Source: Myxococcota bacterium
Lineage (GTDB): Bacteria > Myxococcota_A > SURF-8
Direction of reading: 5' to 3'
DNA: 64,000 nt
NCBI GenBank assembly: GCA_963674735.2
Contig: CAXXQS010000002.1
Span: 128,001-192,000 of the forward strand
Part shown: piece after piece, positions 1-10,218 of the stretch
Position numbering within the stretch: position 1 is the first letter of the stretch
Layout: every line of letters starts with the position of its first letter
Program-made: the position numbers and the translations under genes
The notes under the pieces: model-generated
Seen by the model: the letters and a program-made list of their open reading frames with translations, nothing else
What the model was told of the DNA's origin: nothing
Databases searched by the model: none

Positions 1-413
1 TAACCGAACTCTGCCGACATTTCAACTGTGGGGGCGACTACATCGACCGTATCCTGTTTCGCAGTTCGGAGTCGATTCAACTGGAGCCGCTTTTGTGGGA
101 AAGACCCGAAGGTTTCATCGATGTTCAAGGGGAGGACTTATCTGACCACCGACCGGTTCTCGGAAGATTTACGTGGAGCAGGATTGACTAAGGAAACGAT
201 CCACCACGACAATCAAAACACCTCTGCGATATAGTTGGTTGATCCTCTTGTACGACCATTCTATTCGCCTGCCTGCCCCCTGAGCCGAATCCAGTTTTGG
301 AGTTAGAATTTTACTGGATCGGACTGCTCCCCATTTGTGTACCATAATGCATGAGAATTTTCGCTGGTAAAATCGCCATTGCAGAGCGCTTGCCCAGCCG
401 GATAATCACCAAA

Positions 414-515
414 TCTGGTGTAGGTGTCGATCAGTGTCAAAACCCGCAGCTTGCGCCCATCGAAAAGCTGATCCGAAACAAAATCCATCGCCCAGACATC
501 ATTCCGACCCACCGC
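414..515 (-). pseudogene. IS3-family transposase (rve core) fragment
   Basis: Translates to WAMDFVSDQLFDGRKLRVLTLIDTYTR, the first DDE Asp region of IS3-type OrfB; nothing else of the IS is visible. Confidence 0.8.
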
Positions 516-839
516 TTGCGGACAGCCTGCCAGCAGGCCGGGGTTCAAAGGGTTACACTACACGACCTGCGGCACGTCTGCGGGTCGAACCTGATGATGA
601 CAGGTGGTGTTGCCGTTGCCTAGGCGGTTCTCGGTCACAGTCAGATCAACACGACAGTGGACATCTACGGTCACTTGAACTCAGCCTACCTCGTTCGTCA
701 AATCGAACTGGCCAACAGACTCGGTGAGAAGGGAAAACGATTGGTCGAACTGGCTGAAAAATATGCCAACCATGACGACCCAGAAATCAGGGAACTGGCT
801 GTCCTTTCCGAGCAAGTTTGTCAAATTTTGTCAATTTGA
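516..839 (+). pseudogene. Tyrosine integrase C-terminal remnant
   Basis: TLHDLRH...(TAG at 621-623)...LGHSQINTTVDIYGHL gives HxxR, H and Y motifs; clearly similar to the C-terminus of the 9066-10196 integrase; 5' part replaced by the IS3 fragment. Confidence 0.85.
812..835 (-). repeat. Putative integrase arm-type site (TTGACAAA tandem)
   Basis: Reverse complement ...ttgacaaaatttgacaaacttgc resembles 9025-9049 and 51885-51909. Confidence 0.55.
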
Positions 840-842
840 AAG

Positions 843-875
843 AAAAAAGGACTTGGCCGAGGTGGCTAAGTCCTT
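843..875 (-). terminator. Rho-independent terminator downstream of tRNA-Val
   Basis: aaggacttagcc-loop-ggccaagtcctttttt on the minus strand; near-identical stem to 8986-9018. Confidence 0.7.
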
Positions 876-883
876 GTAATGAT

Positions 884-958
884 TGGTGGGCGATGGCAGA
901 TTTGAACTGCCGACTTCTACCGTGTGAAGGTAGCACTCTACCGCTGAGTTAATCGCCC
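884..958 (-). tRNA. tRNA-Val(CAC)
   Basis: Cloverleaf; anticodon arm ctacc-ttCACac-ggtag; GTTCAAAT T-loop; CCA end. Confidence 0.95.
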
Positions 959-995
959 GAACTCTATATTCAAAGACCGGTTGGCCCGTTGCAAC

Positions 996-1072
996 TGGTG
1001 GGCGACGCCGGATTCGAACCGGCGGCCTTTGGCTTCGGAGGCCAACACTCTATCCAGCTGAGCTAGTCGCCC
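996..1072 (-). tRNA. tRNA-Arg(CCG)
   Basis: Cloverleaf; ttggc-ctCCGaa-gccaa; GTTCGAAT; CCA end. Confidence 0.95.
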
Positions 1073-1464
1073 GCAAGGCGTCATTATTTACCATTCCTGG
1101 ATTAAAGGGTCAAGAAAAAAGTGGGCCCCGCATTGATTTTGGAAAACCGCTAAATCAGTGAAATAACGAAATTTTATAACGGCTTCCAGCTTGTTTCAAT
1201 TGCGCGTGATGTGGACGGAAAACGCAAGTCGGTCCGACGGGTCGAGACCGGGAAAACGTGGAGAATCGCAACTCGGATTTTCACGCAGGCGCGACGACAC
1301 CCGCCACACAACATCTAACCGAAATGATTGCCAAATCCCTTGCAAAACCTCTGCGCATGGGATATTCTTCATACGGTGCGTATTTAAGATTCCGACCAAA
1401 AGCCTTATCCGCCTTTCTCGTTTGGGGAGTGAGTTGCGGATCGTATACCCATCGGAGTCACACC

Positions 1465-2310
1465 ATGCCGGACCGGGAAGCCATCAAAAGGCGTAGCGCT
1501 TTGCGGCTGCGTGACGGATATTGGAGCCGAATCGACGACCAGGTCGCCGTCGAAGCGCCGCTGGGATTTGTCGTAAATGGTCGATACCTGACCACCACTC
1601 TGCGCAGCCCCGGTGACGATCGGGTTTTAGCCTTCGGCTATGCTTTCTCGGCCGGGCTCATCCAAACTCCCGATGACGTTCAATCCATGGAATTCACCGA
1701 CAATAACAGGGGCCGAACCGTTGCCCTCACCCTACGAAAACCGCTGGCGGAAAACCCATTCGGCGAACCCCGTCCCAGCTCTCAACCGGACGTGATCGCA
1801 GACATTGTCCAGCGTTCCTGCAAAGTCAAACGCCTGCTGCGCCTGAATCCGGAGCTGTTGGATCAGTGCCGCAACCAGATGGAAGACCGCCAACGCCTCT
1901 TCACGCCGACTGGGTCCACCCACGCCGCGGCGCTCTTCGACGAGTCGGGCCGACTGCTCGCGCTGGGCGAGGATGTCGGCCGCCACAACGCCTTCGATAA
2001 AGCCATCGGACAGGCGCTGCTGGACAAGACTCTGTCACGGGCCGCTATCGGCTTTTTGTCGTCGCGGGCGGGATTCGAAATGGTGGCCAAGGGCGTGGCG
2101 ATCAACCTGAGCGTTCTGGCCTGCACCTCCGGTCCGACCGGTCTGGCCATCGAACTGGCCGAAGCGGCCGGGCTGACGCTCGTTGCGTTTGTCCGTCCGG
2201 GCGGAATGACCGTTTTCAGCGGTGCCGCCCGCCTGGCCATCCCGGTTGAAACCGCAGCGGCGACACCGGCGGACATTTGCCGACCGGCGGCGAATGGAGA
2301 AGGAAAATAA
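1465..2310 (+). CDS. fdhD: Formate dehydrogenase accessory sulfurtransferase FdhD
   Basis: VAVEAPL, TGSTHAAALF, EDVGRHNAFDKAIG, SSRAGFEMV motifs; GGAG RBS before ATG 1465. Confidence 0.93.
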   Translation: MPDREAIKRRSALRLRDGYWSRIDDQVAVEAPLGFVVNGRYLTTTLRSPGDDRVLAFGYAFSAGLIQTPDDVQSMEFTDNNRGRTVALTLRKPLAENPFGEPRPSSQPDVIADIVQRSCKVKRLLRLNPELLDQCRNQMEDRQRLFTPTGSTHAAALFDESGRLLALGEDVGRHNAFDKAIGQALLDKTLSRAAIGFLSSRAGFEMVAKGVAINLSVLACTSGPTGLAIELAEAAGLTLVAFVRPGGMTVFSGAARLAIPVETAAATPADICRPAANGEGK

Positions 2311-2393
2311 ACTCGACCTTTTTACGTCGTTCTCATCACGACCTGGAATTGATATTGCGATTGTTTGAGAATCATTGAACCGAAGGAGGAGCC

Positions 2394-5126
2394 ATGCAGA
2401 TCACCATTGATGGCCGCACACTCACGGCGAGTGAGGGGCAAACCGTGCTGGAGGTGGCCCGCGCAAACGGAATCTATATTCCGTCTTTGTGCTGGCATGC
2501 CAAAACCGGCCCGGCCTCCCGTTGCCGGGTATGCGTCGTCGAAATCGAAGGCGCACGCGGATTGCAAACATCCTGCTCAGTCCCGGCACGCAATGAGATG
2601 GTCGTCCGAACCGACACCGAACGCGTTCGCAACGCCCAGCGCATGATTGTGATGAACCTGCTTTCGAACGGGCACCACAACTGTCTGGCCTGCGAGCAGA
2701 ACGGGCGCTGCGAGTTGCAGGACACCGCCTACTGGCTGGGCATCAAAACCTGGGAAGTCATCCCCGAGCCGGAGCAGCCGAAGGACGGCAGCTCACCCAT
2801 GCTGGTGATGAATCCCAATAAATGCATCGCCTGCGGCCGCTGCATCGCCGCCTGTCACGAGGTGGTCGGCAACGAAGTGCTCACCTTCGCCCAACGCGGA
2901 TACAACACCAAGGTTGTCTGCGACATGGGCGTTCCGATGAAAGACAGCTCCTGCGTACAATGCGGCGAATGCGCGCAGGTTTGTCCCACAGCTGCCATCA
3001 TCGAAAAGAAGGCCATCAACACCGGGCGCGAATGGGAACTCGACAAGGTGGACACCACCTGCGCTTACTGCGGCGTCGGCTGTCAGCTGACCCTGCATGT
3101 CGACAAAGCCAAAAACCGCATCGCGCGCGTTTCGGGCCGGGAAGGCATCCCCCCCAACGACGGCATGCTGTGCGTGAAGGGCCGCTTCGCCTACGACTTT
3201 CCGTCCAGCCCTAAACGACTCACACGGCCCCTGATCAAAAAGAACGGAGCCCATGTGGAAGTCAGTTGGGACGAAGCCCTCAATTTCACCGCCAAGCGGT
3301 TGACCGAAATCAAGGAAAAGCACGGTCCGGGCGCGTTCGCATCGATTTCCTGCGCCCGCACGACCAATGAGAACAACTATGCGATGATGAAATTCACGCG
3401 CGCAGTGATGGGGACGAATAACGTCGATCACTGCGCACGTACTTGACACGCTCCGACGGTCGCCGGTCTGGCGGCAAGCTTTGGTTCCGGAGCGATGACG
3501 AACTCCATCCGTGAGTTGGAGGACGCCAAACTGATTTTCGTGATCGGGTCCAACACCACCGAGGCGCACCCGGTCATTTCGTATTACATGAAGCGTGCCC
3601 GCAAAAAGGGCGCGACGATCATCGTCAACGATCCGCGCAAGATCGATCTGACGCGCTGGGCCGATCTGTATGTCCGCATCAAGCCGGGCACGGACGTGGC
3701 TTATCTCAACGGATTGATGCGCGAGATCATCGTCAATGGCTGGCAGGACGAAGCCTACATTCAGTCTTTCACCGAGGATTACGACGCCCTGCACCAAACG
3801 GTGATGACCTATACCCTCGATCGAACGAGCGAGATCACCGGAGTTCCGCAGGAAACGATCAGAAAGGTGGCCCGTCTGCTGGGCGAAGCGGATGTTTCGT
3901 CGCTGGTCTATACCCTCGGCATCACCGAGCACACCTGCGGCACCGACAACGTCAAGAGCTGCGCCAACCTGCAATTGTTGTTGGGTAACGTGGGCAAATA
4001 CGCGGGCGGCGTCAACCCCTTGCGCGGCCAGAACAACGTTCAGGGCGCCTGCGACATGGGCGCTTTGCCGAACGTCTATCATTGCTATCAGAAAGTGGAT
4101 GATCCCAAGGCAAAGGCGAAATTCGAAAAGGCCTGGGGCGTCGAGAATCTGGACGACAAACCCGGCCTGATGATCCCCGACATGTTCTATGGTGCGCTGG
4201 ATGGGTCGGTCAAGTGCCTGTACGTCTACGGTGAAAACGTGGTGCTGACGGAACCGAACATCGCCCACACCAAGAAATGTCTGGAAGCCTGCGAGTTCAT
4301 CATTTCCGGCGAAATCTTCCCCAACGAAAGCACCCCCTACGCCGATGTCATCCTGCCGGATCTGGCTTGGGGTGAAGAAGACGGCACGTTTACCAATTCC
4401 GAACGGCGCGTGCAGCGTGTGCGGGCCGCCCTGAAAGGACCGGGCGAGGCACGCTCGCACTGGTGGTGGCTCAACGAACTGGGTAAACGCATGGGCGTGG
4501 ATATGGGATTCGACAGTTCCCAGGCGGTCTGGGAAGAAATCCGCGAACTGGGCCCGAGCGTTCACGGCATCACCTGGCCGCGCATCGAGGATATCGGCCT
4601 GCAATGGCCCTGCCCGACCGAGGAGCATCCGGGTACCGAATACCTGCACCGCGACGGCAACATCGTGCGCGGCAAAGGCCTGTTCCAGTCCATCGAGTAT
4701 CGCCCCCCGGCGGAAACCCCCGACGACGAATACCCGTTGTGGCTATCCACCGGACGGCGTCTGTGGCATTACCATACCGTTCAAACTCATCACTGCGATG
4801 GCATTCACGATCTGTGCGGCGAGGAATGGCTGGAGCTCAGTCCCGCCGACGCCGATCGATTGAAGGTCAAAACCGGCGACACGGTCAAGGCGGCTTCGCG
4901 GCGCGGCGAGATCAGCCTCAAAGCCTGGGTCACCGACCGTTCTCCGGAAGGCGTGTGCTGGACAAGCTTCCACTTCGCCAAGGCCTGCGGCAATGCGTTA
5001 ACCAACGACGTATTCGACCCGGTTACGAAAACGGCGGAATACAAGGTCTGCGCCATCAAGGTCGAGAAAATCGCCGATGGCGACCCCGCCGTCGAGGTCG
5101 GTCCGCGCAGACAGGCCCGGCCGTAA
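2394..5126 (+). CDS. fdhF: Selenocysteine-containing formate dehydrogenase alpha subunit with N-terminal NuoG-like Fe-S domains
   Basis: ORFs 2394-3446 and 3495-5126 are in the same frame, joined through TGA 3444-3446 in DHCART-U-HAPTVAGL; CAYCGVGC, PLRGQNNVQGACDMG and molybdopterin C-terminal motifs. Confidence 0.95.
3459..3475 (+). promoter_or_regulatory. SECIS-like hairpin
   Basis: GTCGCC-GGTCT-GGCGGC stem-loop 12 nt downstream of the in-frame UGA. Confidence 0.75.
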
Positions 5127-5185
5127 CCCGGGTGGCAAAGGAGCTTTTCGCAGGATAGATTCGAACATATGGAACAGGTAAAGCC

Positions 5186-5635
5186 ATGAACGGAGTCGAT
5201 ACAGTTCTCACAAGGCATCCGGACGCCAGTTCGGACAGCCTGATTGCCATCCTCCAGGAAGTCCAGGAGGAAGAAGGCTATCTCTCCCCGGATTCGATGT
5301 ACCGGATCAGCACACATCTGGATATGCCCGCCAGCAAAGTATACGGCGTGGCGACTTTTTACAATGGTTTCCGTTTCAGCCCGATCGGAGAACACAATAT
5401 CGTGGTGTGTCGCGGAACGGCCTGTCATGTCAAAGGCTCGGCGCGTGTCCTCGACTCGCTTCAACAGGAACTCGGCATCGAGCCCGGAGAAGTCACCGAA
5501 GACGGCAAATTCAGCCTCGAAGTCGTTGCCTGTATCGGTGCCTGCGGTCTGGCCCCGGTGATCACCATCGGCGGACAGACCGTCGGCGAGGTACAACCCA
5601 GAAAAGTCAAAAAAATCCTGGGGGGCATAAAATGA
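5186..5635 (+). CDS. NuoE/HydC-like [2Fe-2S] subunit
   Basis: LIAILQEVQEEEGYL, VATFY, CRGTAC...ACIGACGLAP. Confidence 0.92.
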   Translation: MNGVDTVLTRHPDASSDSLIAILQEVQEEEGYLSPDSMYRISTHLDMPASKVYGVATFYNGFRFSPIGEHNIVVCRGTACHVKGSARVLDSLQQELGIEPGEVTEDGKFSLEVVACIGACGLAPVITIGGQTVGEVQPRKVKKILGGIK

Positions 5636-7542
5636 AAATAGAAAAACCATCGGATATCAGAGACATCCAGGAGTTGATGACCTCGCGGGATGGCCGCATC
5701 GCGCGCCGGGTCATGGTCTGCGCCGGAACCGGCTGCGTGGCGAGCGGATCGCTTGACGTCTACAAGGAATTGGTACGACTGTCGAAGGAAGCCGGACTGC
5801 CGGTCACCGTCACCTTCGATAAGCACGAGCATAAAAAAGACGATTCCAACGAAGAGTTGTATATCGCCAAGAGCGGCTGCCACGGTTTCTGCCAAATGGG
5901 ACCGCTGGTGCACGTCATGCCCGACGATATTCTGTACTGCAAAGTCAAAGCCGCCGACGCCGAGGAGATCGTCCAAAATACCCTGACCACCGGCGAGGCG
6001 GTGGAGCGGCTGCTTTACACCGACCCGGTCAGCGGCGAGCATCGGCGCGGGCGCGGCGACATTCCCTTCTACGCCGGACAATCGCGCGTCGTTTTGGGAC
6101 GCTGCGGAGTGATGGACCCGGAAAGCATCGGCGAATACATCGCGTCGGGCGGATTCGAGGGTCTGGCCAAATGCCTCTCGAAATACAGCCCCGAGCAGGT
6201 CGCGGAGGAAATGGTGGAATCGGGCCTGCGCGGCCGCGGCGGCGCGGGTTTCCCGACCGGCATCAAATGGCGTTTCGCCAACCGGGAGAAAGCGGACAAG
6301 AAATACGTGATCTGCAACGGTGACGAAGGCGACCCGGGAGCCTTCATGGACCGCTCCCTGATGGAGGGCGATCCCTTCGCCGTGCTGGAAGGATTGGCGA
6401 CGGCCGCCTACGCCATCGGCGCGCAATTCGGCTACCTCTACATTCGCCAAGAATATCCGCTGGCCATCGCGCGCGTACAAAAAGCGATCGAGACCATGCG
6501 CGAAGTCGGTCTTTTGGGCGAACACATCATGGGGACGGACTTCTCGTTCGACTGCAAAATCAAAAAGGGCGCGGGCGCGTTCGTCTGCGGCGAAGAGACG
6601 GCGCTCATTCACAGCATCGAAGGCAAGCGCGGCGAGCCGCGTCCCCGACCGCCCTTCCCGGCCCAAAGCGGAGCCTTCGGCAAACCCACCATCATCAACA
6701 ACGTCGAAACCCTGGTCAACATCCCCAGCATCATGGCCAAAGGCGCGAGTTGGTACAACGCCGTCGGCACCGAATCGAGCAAGGGAACCAAAGTCTTCGC
6801 CTTGACCGGCAAGATCAACCGCACCGGACTGGTTGAAGTGGCCATGGGAACCACGGTGCGTAAAATCATCGAGGAGATCGGCGGCGGCATACAAGGCGGC
6901 AAAGCCTTCAAGGCGGTGCAGATGGGCGGTCCTTCGGGCGGTTGCGTCGACGCCGCTCACATGGACATCGAGATCGACTACGAGTCGCTAAAAGCCGTGG
7001 GAGCCATGATGGGCTCGGGCGGCATGGTGGTCATGGATGAAGACAACTGCATCGTCGATGTGGCCAAATTCTTTATGGACTTCATCCAACGTGAAAGCTG
7101 CGGCAAATGCGTTCCCTGCCGCATCGGCACCAAGCGGATGCTGGAGATGCTCACCCAAATAACCGAAAACGATTTCACCGATCAGGAGGCCGGTGAGTTG
7201 ATCGGCAAACTGGAAGCACAGGCGCAAGTCACCCAGGACGCCAGCTTGTGCGGTCTGGGTCAAACCGCCCCCAACCCGGTGCTCTCCACCCTGCGCTGGT
7301 TCCGCGAAGAATACGAAGCGCACCTGCATCAGCGCACCTGCCCGGCCAAGGTGTGCAACAAGCTGCTGACCTTCTCCATCGATGCCGAAACCTGCATCGG
7401 CTGTTCGATCTGCGCCAAACGCTGCCCGGTCGAAGCGATTGTGGGCGAGAAAAAGAAACCCCACGAAATCATCGAAGCCAAATGCATCAAGTGCGGGAGC
7501 TGCTTCACCGTCTGCCCGAAAGGAGCGGTGGTCGCGCAATAG
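5632..7542 (+). CDS. NuoF/HydB-like FMN/NADH-binding subunit with N-terminal [2Fe-2S] and C-terminal 2x[4Fe-4S] domains
   Basis: SGLRGRGGAGFPTG, NGDEGDPGAFMDR, GAGAFVCGEETAL, ESCGKCVPCRIG, two CxxCxxCxxxCP; ATGA overlap with the upstream gene. Confidence 0.93.
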   Translation: MKIEKPSDIRDIQELMTSRDGRIARRVMVCAGTGCVASGSLDVYKELVRLSKEAGLPVTVTFDKHEHKKDDSNEELYIAKSGCHGFCQMGPLVHVMPDDILYCKVKAADAEEIVQNTLTTGEAVERLLYTDPVSGEHRRGRGDIPFYAGQSRVVLGRCGVMDPESIGEYIASGGFEGLAKCLSKYSPEQVAEEMVESGLRGRGGAGFPTGIKWRFANREKADKKYVICNGDEGDPGAFMDRSLMEGDPFAVLEGLATAAYAIGAQFGYLYIRQEYPLAIARVQKAIETMREVGLLGEHIMGTDFSFDCKIKKGAGAFVCGEETALIHSIEGKRGEPRPRPPFPAQSGAFGKPTIINNVETLVNIPSIMAKGASWYNAVGTESSKGTKVFALTGKINRTGLVEVAMGTTVRKIIEEIGGGIQGGKAFKAVQMGGPSGGCVDAAHMDIEIDYESLKAVGAMMGSGGMVVMDEDNCIVDVAKFFMDFIQRESCGKCVPCRIGTKRMLEMLTQITENDFTDQEAGELIGKLEAQAQVTQDASLCGLGQTAPNPVLSTLRWFREEYEAHLHQRTCPAKVCNKLLTFSIDAETCIGCSICAKRCPVEAIVGEKKKPHEIIEAKCIKCGSCFTVCPKGAVVAQ

Positions 7543-7562
7543 GTGCCGGATTCCCAACAAGC

Positions 7563-7592
7563 AACGCCCGTCTCGTGTGAGGCGGGCGTTTT
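7563..7592. terminator. Terminator hairpin between convergent genes
   Basis: aacgcccgtctc-gtgt-gaggcgggcgtttt. Confidence 0.75.
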
Positions 7593-7622
7593 CGATTGCG
7601 TCGTGGGTTCATAACCCACCGG

Positions 7623-8585
7623 CTACCCGGCGGAAGCCGCTTCTTTGACCTCTTCGCCGAACAGCCCCATGCGCCGGACGGCCTGCCCGCAGTTGGACCC
7701 GATTTCATCCTCGCGCCCATCGCCGATGGAAATCACCACCTCGTACCCGGCCATCTGCAAAGCATCGCAGACCTCGCGCAACCGTTCGGACCGCTCGGAG
7801 CGCAGGACCGTCTGCAGACCGTTCTGGTTGCCGCGCGTGGTCGGGTTCAGCGGCGTCAGCTTGACGGCAAACGCCGCGGGGTTGAAGCGCCCGGAAATAG
7901 CCGCCACGTCGAAGTCCACCCCCTTCGCCAGGGCGAAATTCAACACCGGTTTGCGATCCCCCGATTCGTAGAAGCGTTCGCCGAAGGCCGCCACCTCATC
8001 CATGCTCCAATGGGGAAAGGGCATCAGCCGATCACGCTCGGCCTCATCGGTGGCGTTGATCGAAAACTGAAGCTGAAAGCGTCCGTGATAGCGCTCGTTT
8101 TTCAAATGGCGCAGATCTTCGAACCAGCGCATGCGTCCGCGCGGCGCCACGGTCGGCACGCAGCACCACAGGCCGCGGGCGTTTTGCAACTGAGGCAGCT
8201 CGGGCAGACGGCGCATGGCCGTCAACACCTCATCGTTGAGCGACGGCTCCCCCATGCGAGCGAAATGCACCTTCAATTTGCCGCAACGCGCCGGAAGTCC
8301 GGGATGGCGGTCGAGCACGGTCACCGCCTGGCTGAGCATTTCGGCGGCGCTGAGATTGCCGCGAAAATCCCCGCCGGCATCACAGAACACACAGCCGACC
8401 GGGCAGCCGAACTGCGTGGAAACATTGACGATCCACTTTTCGTCGCGGGGGAAACGGGTGTCGAGTCCGTCCACGAACTCCACCACGTAGCGGTCCTCGC
8501 CGCGAAAACGGCCCACGAAAATCTCCGCCACATCCGCTCGTCCCGATTGACCGAGAATTTCGACGGGGGCAATCTCGATTGACAT
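7623..8585 (-). CDS. RlmN/Cfr-like radical SAM protein
   Basis: STQFGCPVGCVFC (CxxxCxxC), RMGEP, R-x-x-LMP, C-terminal EIGSNCGQ; GGAGG RBS. Confidence 0.85.
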   Translation of the reverse strand: MSIEIAPVEILGQSGRADVAEIFVGRFRGEDRYVVEFVDGLDTRFPRDEKWIVNVSTQFGCPVGCVFCDAGGDFRGNLSAAEMLSQAVTVLDRHPGLPARCGKLKVHFARMGEPSLNDEVLTAMRRLPELPQLQNARGLWCCVPTVAPRGRMRWFEDLRHLKNERYHGRFQLQFSINATDEAERDRLMPFPHWSMDEVAAFGERFYESGDRKPVLNFALAKGVDFDVAAISGRFNPAAFAVKLTPLNPTTRGNQNGLQTVLRSERSERLREVCDALQMAGYEVVISIGDGREDEIGSNCGQAVRRMGLFGEEVKEAASAG

Positions 8586-8831
8586 GTTCGCACCTCCACG
8601 TTATCCGACCGCCTACGAGCGACGCGCCTACGGGTGGCGATCGGCAGGTGATGAAACGCAACAAGGGGGAGGGTGTGGCAAAACAGGCAGACATTTCCCA
8701 AACCTGCGACGCACACACGCCAACGCCGACGGCCGGGATGCTCCTGAATGGACCTGACATAACCGAATGCCGGAATGCTAGCACACGCCGCGTCGAGCGT
8801 CAAGAGCGGCGCGTTTATCCTATCTTTTTTC

Positions 8832-8859
8832 TTGCAATCACGGGAGTATCTGCTATAAA
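8832..8859 (+). promoter_or_regulatory. Putative sigma70 promoter for tRNA-Ala
   Basis: TTGCAA-N16-TATAAA with TGn extended -10. Confidence 0.55.
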
Positions 8860-8901
8860 AGTTGCCTCGTACCGAGGCCGACTATGTCGGCGTGACATCT
8901 C

Positions 8902-8977
8902 GGGGGTGTAGCTCAGTTGGTAGAGCGCTTGCTTCGCATGCAAGAAGTAGGGAGTTCGAATCTCCTCACCTCCACCA
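8902..8977 (+). tRNA. tRNA-Ala(CGC), integration site
   Basis: G3:U70 pair; cttgc-ttCGCat-gcaag; CCA end. Confidence 0.95.
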
Positions 8978-8979
8978 TT
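8929..8979 (+). repeat. attL core (51 bp)
   Basis: ttgcttcgcatgcaagaagtagggagttcgaatctcctcacctccaccatt identical to 52051-52101. Confidence 0.95.
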
Positions 8980-8985
8980 AAAATC

Positions 8986-9018
8986 AAGGACTTAGCCGTT
9001 TCGGCTGAGTCCTTTTTT
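8986..9018 (+). terminator. Terminator after tRNA-Ala (element-supplied)
   Basis: aaggacttagccg-ttt-cggctgagtcctttttt. Confidence 0.8.
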
Positions 9019-9024
9019 CGTAGG

Positions 9025-9049
9025 CGTTGACGAATATTGACAAACTTGC
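9025..9049 (+). repeat. Putative integrase arm-type site near attL
   Basis: cgttgacgaatattgacaaacttgc; 24/25 identical to 51885-51909 near attR. Confidence 0.7.
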
Positions 9050-9065
9050 TGGCACTGTGCCTCCA

Positions 9066-10196
9066 TCAGTCGCTCGATTCGGTATCGGTAGCGTCGTCGT
9101 CGGACTGTTTTTCCTCCACCGTAAACACCGCCTCCACCTCCTGCTGAACGTATTCCGGCAACAGGTGGGTATAACGGTCGGCGGTGGTCTGGATGCGGGT
9201 ATGTCCGGCGATTTGCTGGGCTAATTTCAGGTTCTTCTTCATAACCAGATGACTGATACAGTTATGCCGCAGGCCATGCAAGGTCATGCGTTGAACGCCT
9301 GCTCGTTTGCAGGCCGTGGCCAGGGTTCTGTGTAGGTTGTTCTGAAAAATCGGGTACAACTTTTCGTGCAATTCCTTTCCTTCCAAGGCCGGTTCGATGA
9401 AAGGTATCGCTATGGATGGAAGCGGGATGAATCGGGATCGGTCGGTTTTGGTGCTTTTACCCGCATCGCATGAATTCTCCTTTCCGTACACCCGAACCCG
9501 CCCTTTGGTTACATATACTTGCCGACGTGCGAGGTCGATATCACCTATATTCAAGGCCATGATCTCCCCGCGTCGCAGCCCACAAAAAGCCGCCAAGGCA
9601 AGTCCCGGCTGGCTGAATGGAGTCGCCAGTTTAATAACCTCCATAACGGATTTTATAGGAACGATGGGATTGGGTTTTGGACGGATGGTGTGCGATGCTT
9701 TCCAGGGGGATTTCATTAAATGCCCCGCCTTTTCCGCTTGGTTGAGAAGAGTCGAAAGAAAGACCGCAACATGTTCCTTCATCGATGGTTTGTCGATGGA
9801 TTCAAGCTCGTTGGATATCCGTTCTGCGGACAGCTTGTCCATAATGAAAACTTTTAATGTGTCAGGCATCCTTTTCCAATACTGTCGGTAATTCTCGGCG
9901 GTTGTCGGTGACATTTTCGGAAAACGCTTTTCTGCCCAGTCATCGTACCATTGCTCCAATGTCATTCGTCGCATGGTGATGACTGGCAGATCGTCGAGTT
10001 CTTTTCGCATCACCAATGCCCGCTCGTAGGCCTCCTCCATGTTATGACTGATGACTTTTCGTTTAACTTTCCCATCGCGGCGATAGTCGAACTGAAACGA
10101 ACCGGGGTCAATGTATCGCAGTTTGGCAGGCCATAACTGTTTGTTCATGGCCTCCAGTCGGGCATTCTCCCTTTTTGTGAGCGGACGTTTTTCCAT
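9066..10196 (-). CDS. int: Tyrosine integrase
   Basis: GLRRGE, K, HGLRH, AGH, RYTH catalytic set intact; next to attL. Confidence 0.95.
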   Translation of the reverse strand: MEKRPLTKRENARLEAMNKQLWPAKLRYIDPGSFQFDYRRDGKVKRKVISHNMEEAYERALVMRKELDDLPVITMRRMTLEQWYDDWAEKRFPKMSPTTAENYRQYWKRMPDTLKVFIMDKLSAERISNELESIDKPSMKEHVAVFLSTLLNQAEKAGHLMKSPWKASHTIRPKPNPIVPIKSVMEVIKLATPFSQPGLALAAFCGLRRGEIMALNIGDIDLARRQVYVTKGRVRVYGKENSCDAGKSTKTDRSRFIPLPSIAIPFIEPALEGKELHEKLYPIFQNNLHRTLATACKRAGVQRMTLHGLRHNCISHLVMKKNLKLAQQIAGHTRIQTTADRYTHLLPEYVQQEVEAVFTVEEKQSDDDATDTESSD

Positions 10197-10218
10197 AGTT
10201 CGATGACGAAAATGATGA

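Noticed and set aside
1258-1464. N-terminal extension of FdhD, or a Moco riboswitch
   Set aside because: The RBS supports ATG 1465, and I could not fold a convincing riboswitch by eye; an Rfam scan would settle it
3444-3494. fdh split into two ORFs (apparent pseudogene)
   Set aside because: The stop is an in-frame UGA at the catalytic Cys/Sec position with a SECIS-like hairpin, so this is one selenoprotein gene
2793-6960. Long minus-strand ORFs (618 aa, 499 aa)
   Set aside because: Antisense shadows of high-GC fdh and nuoF-like genes; no motifs
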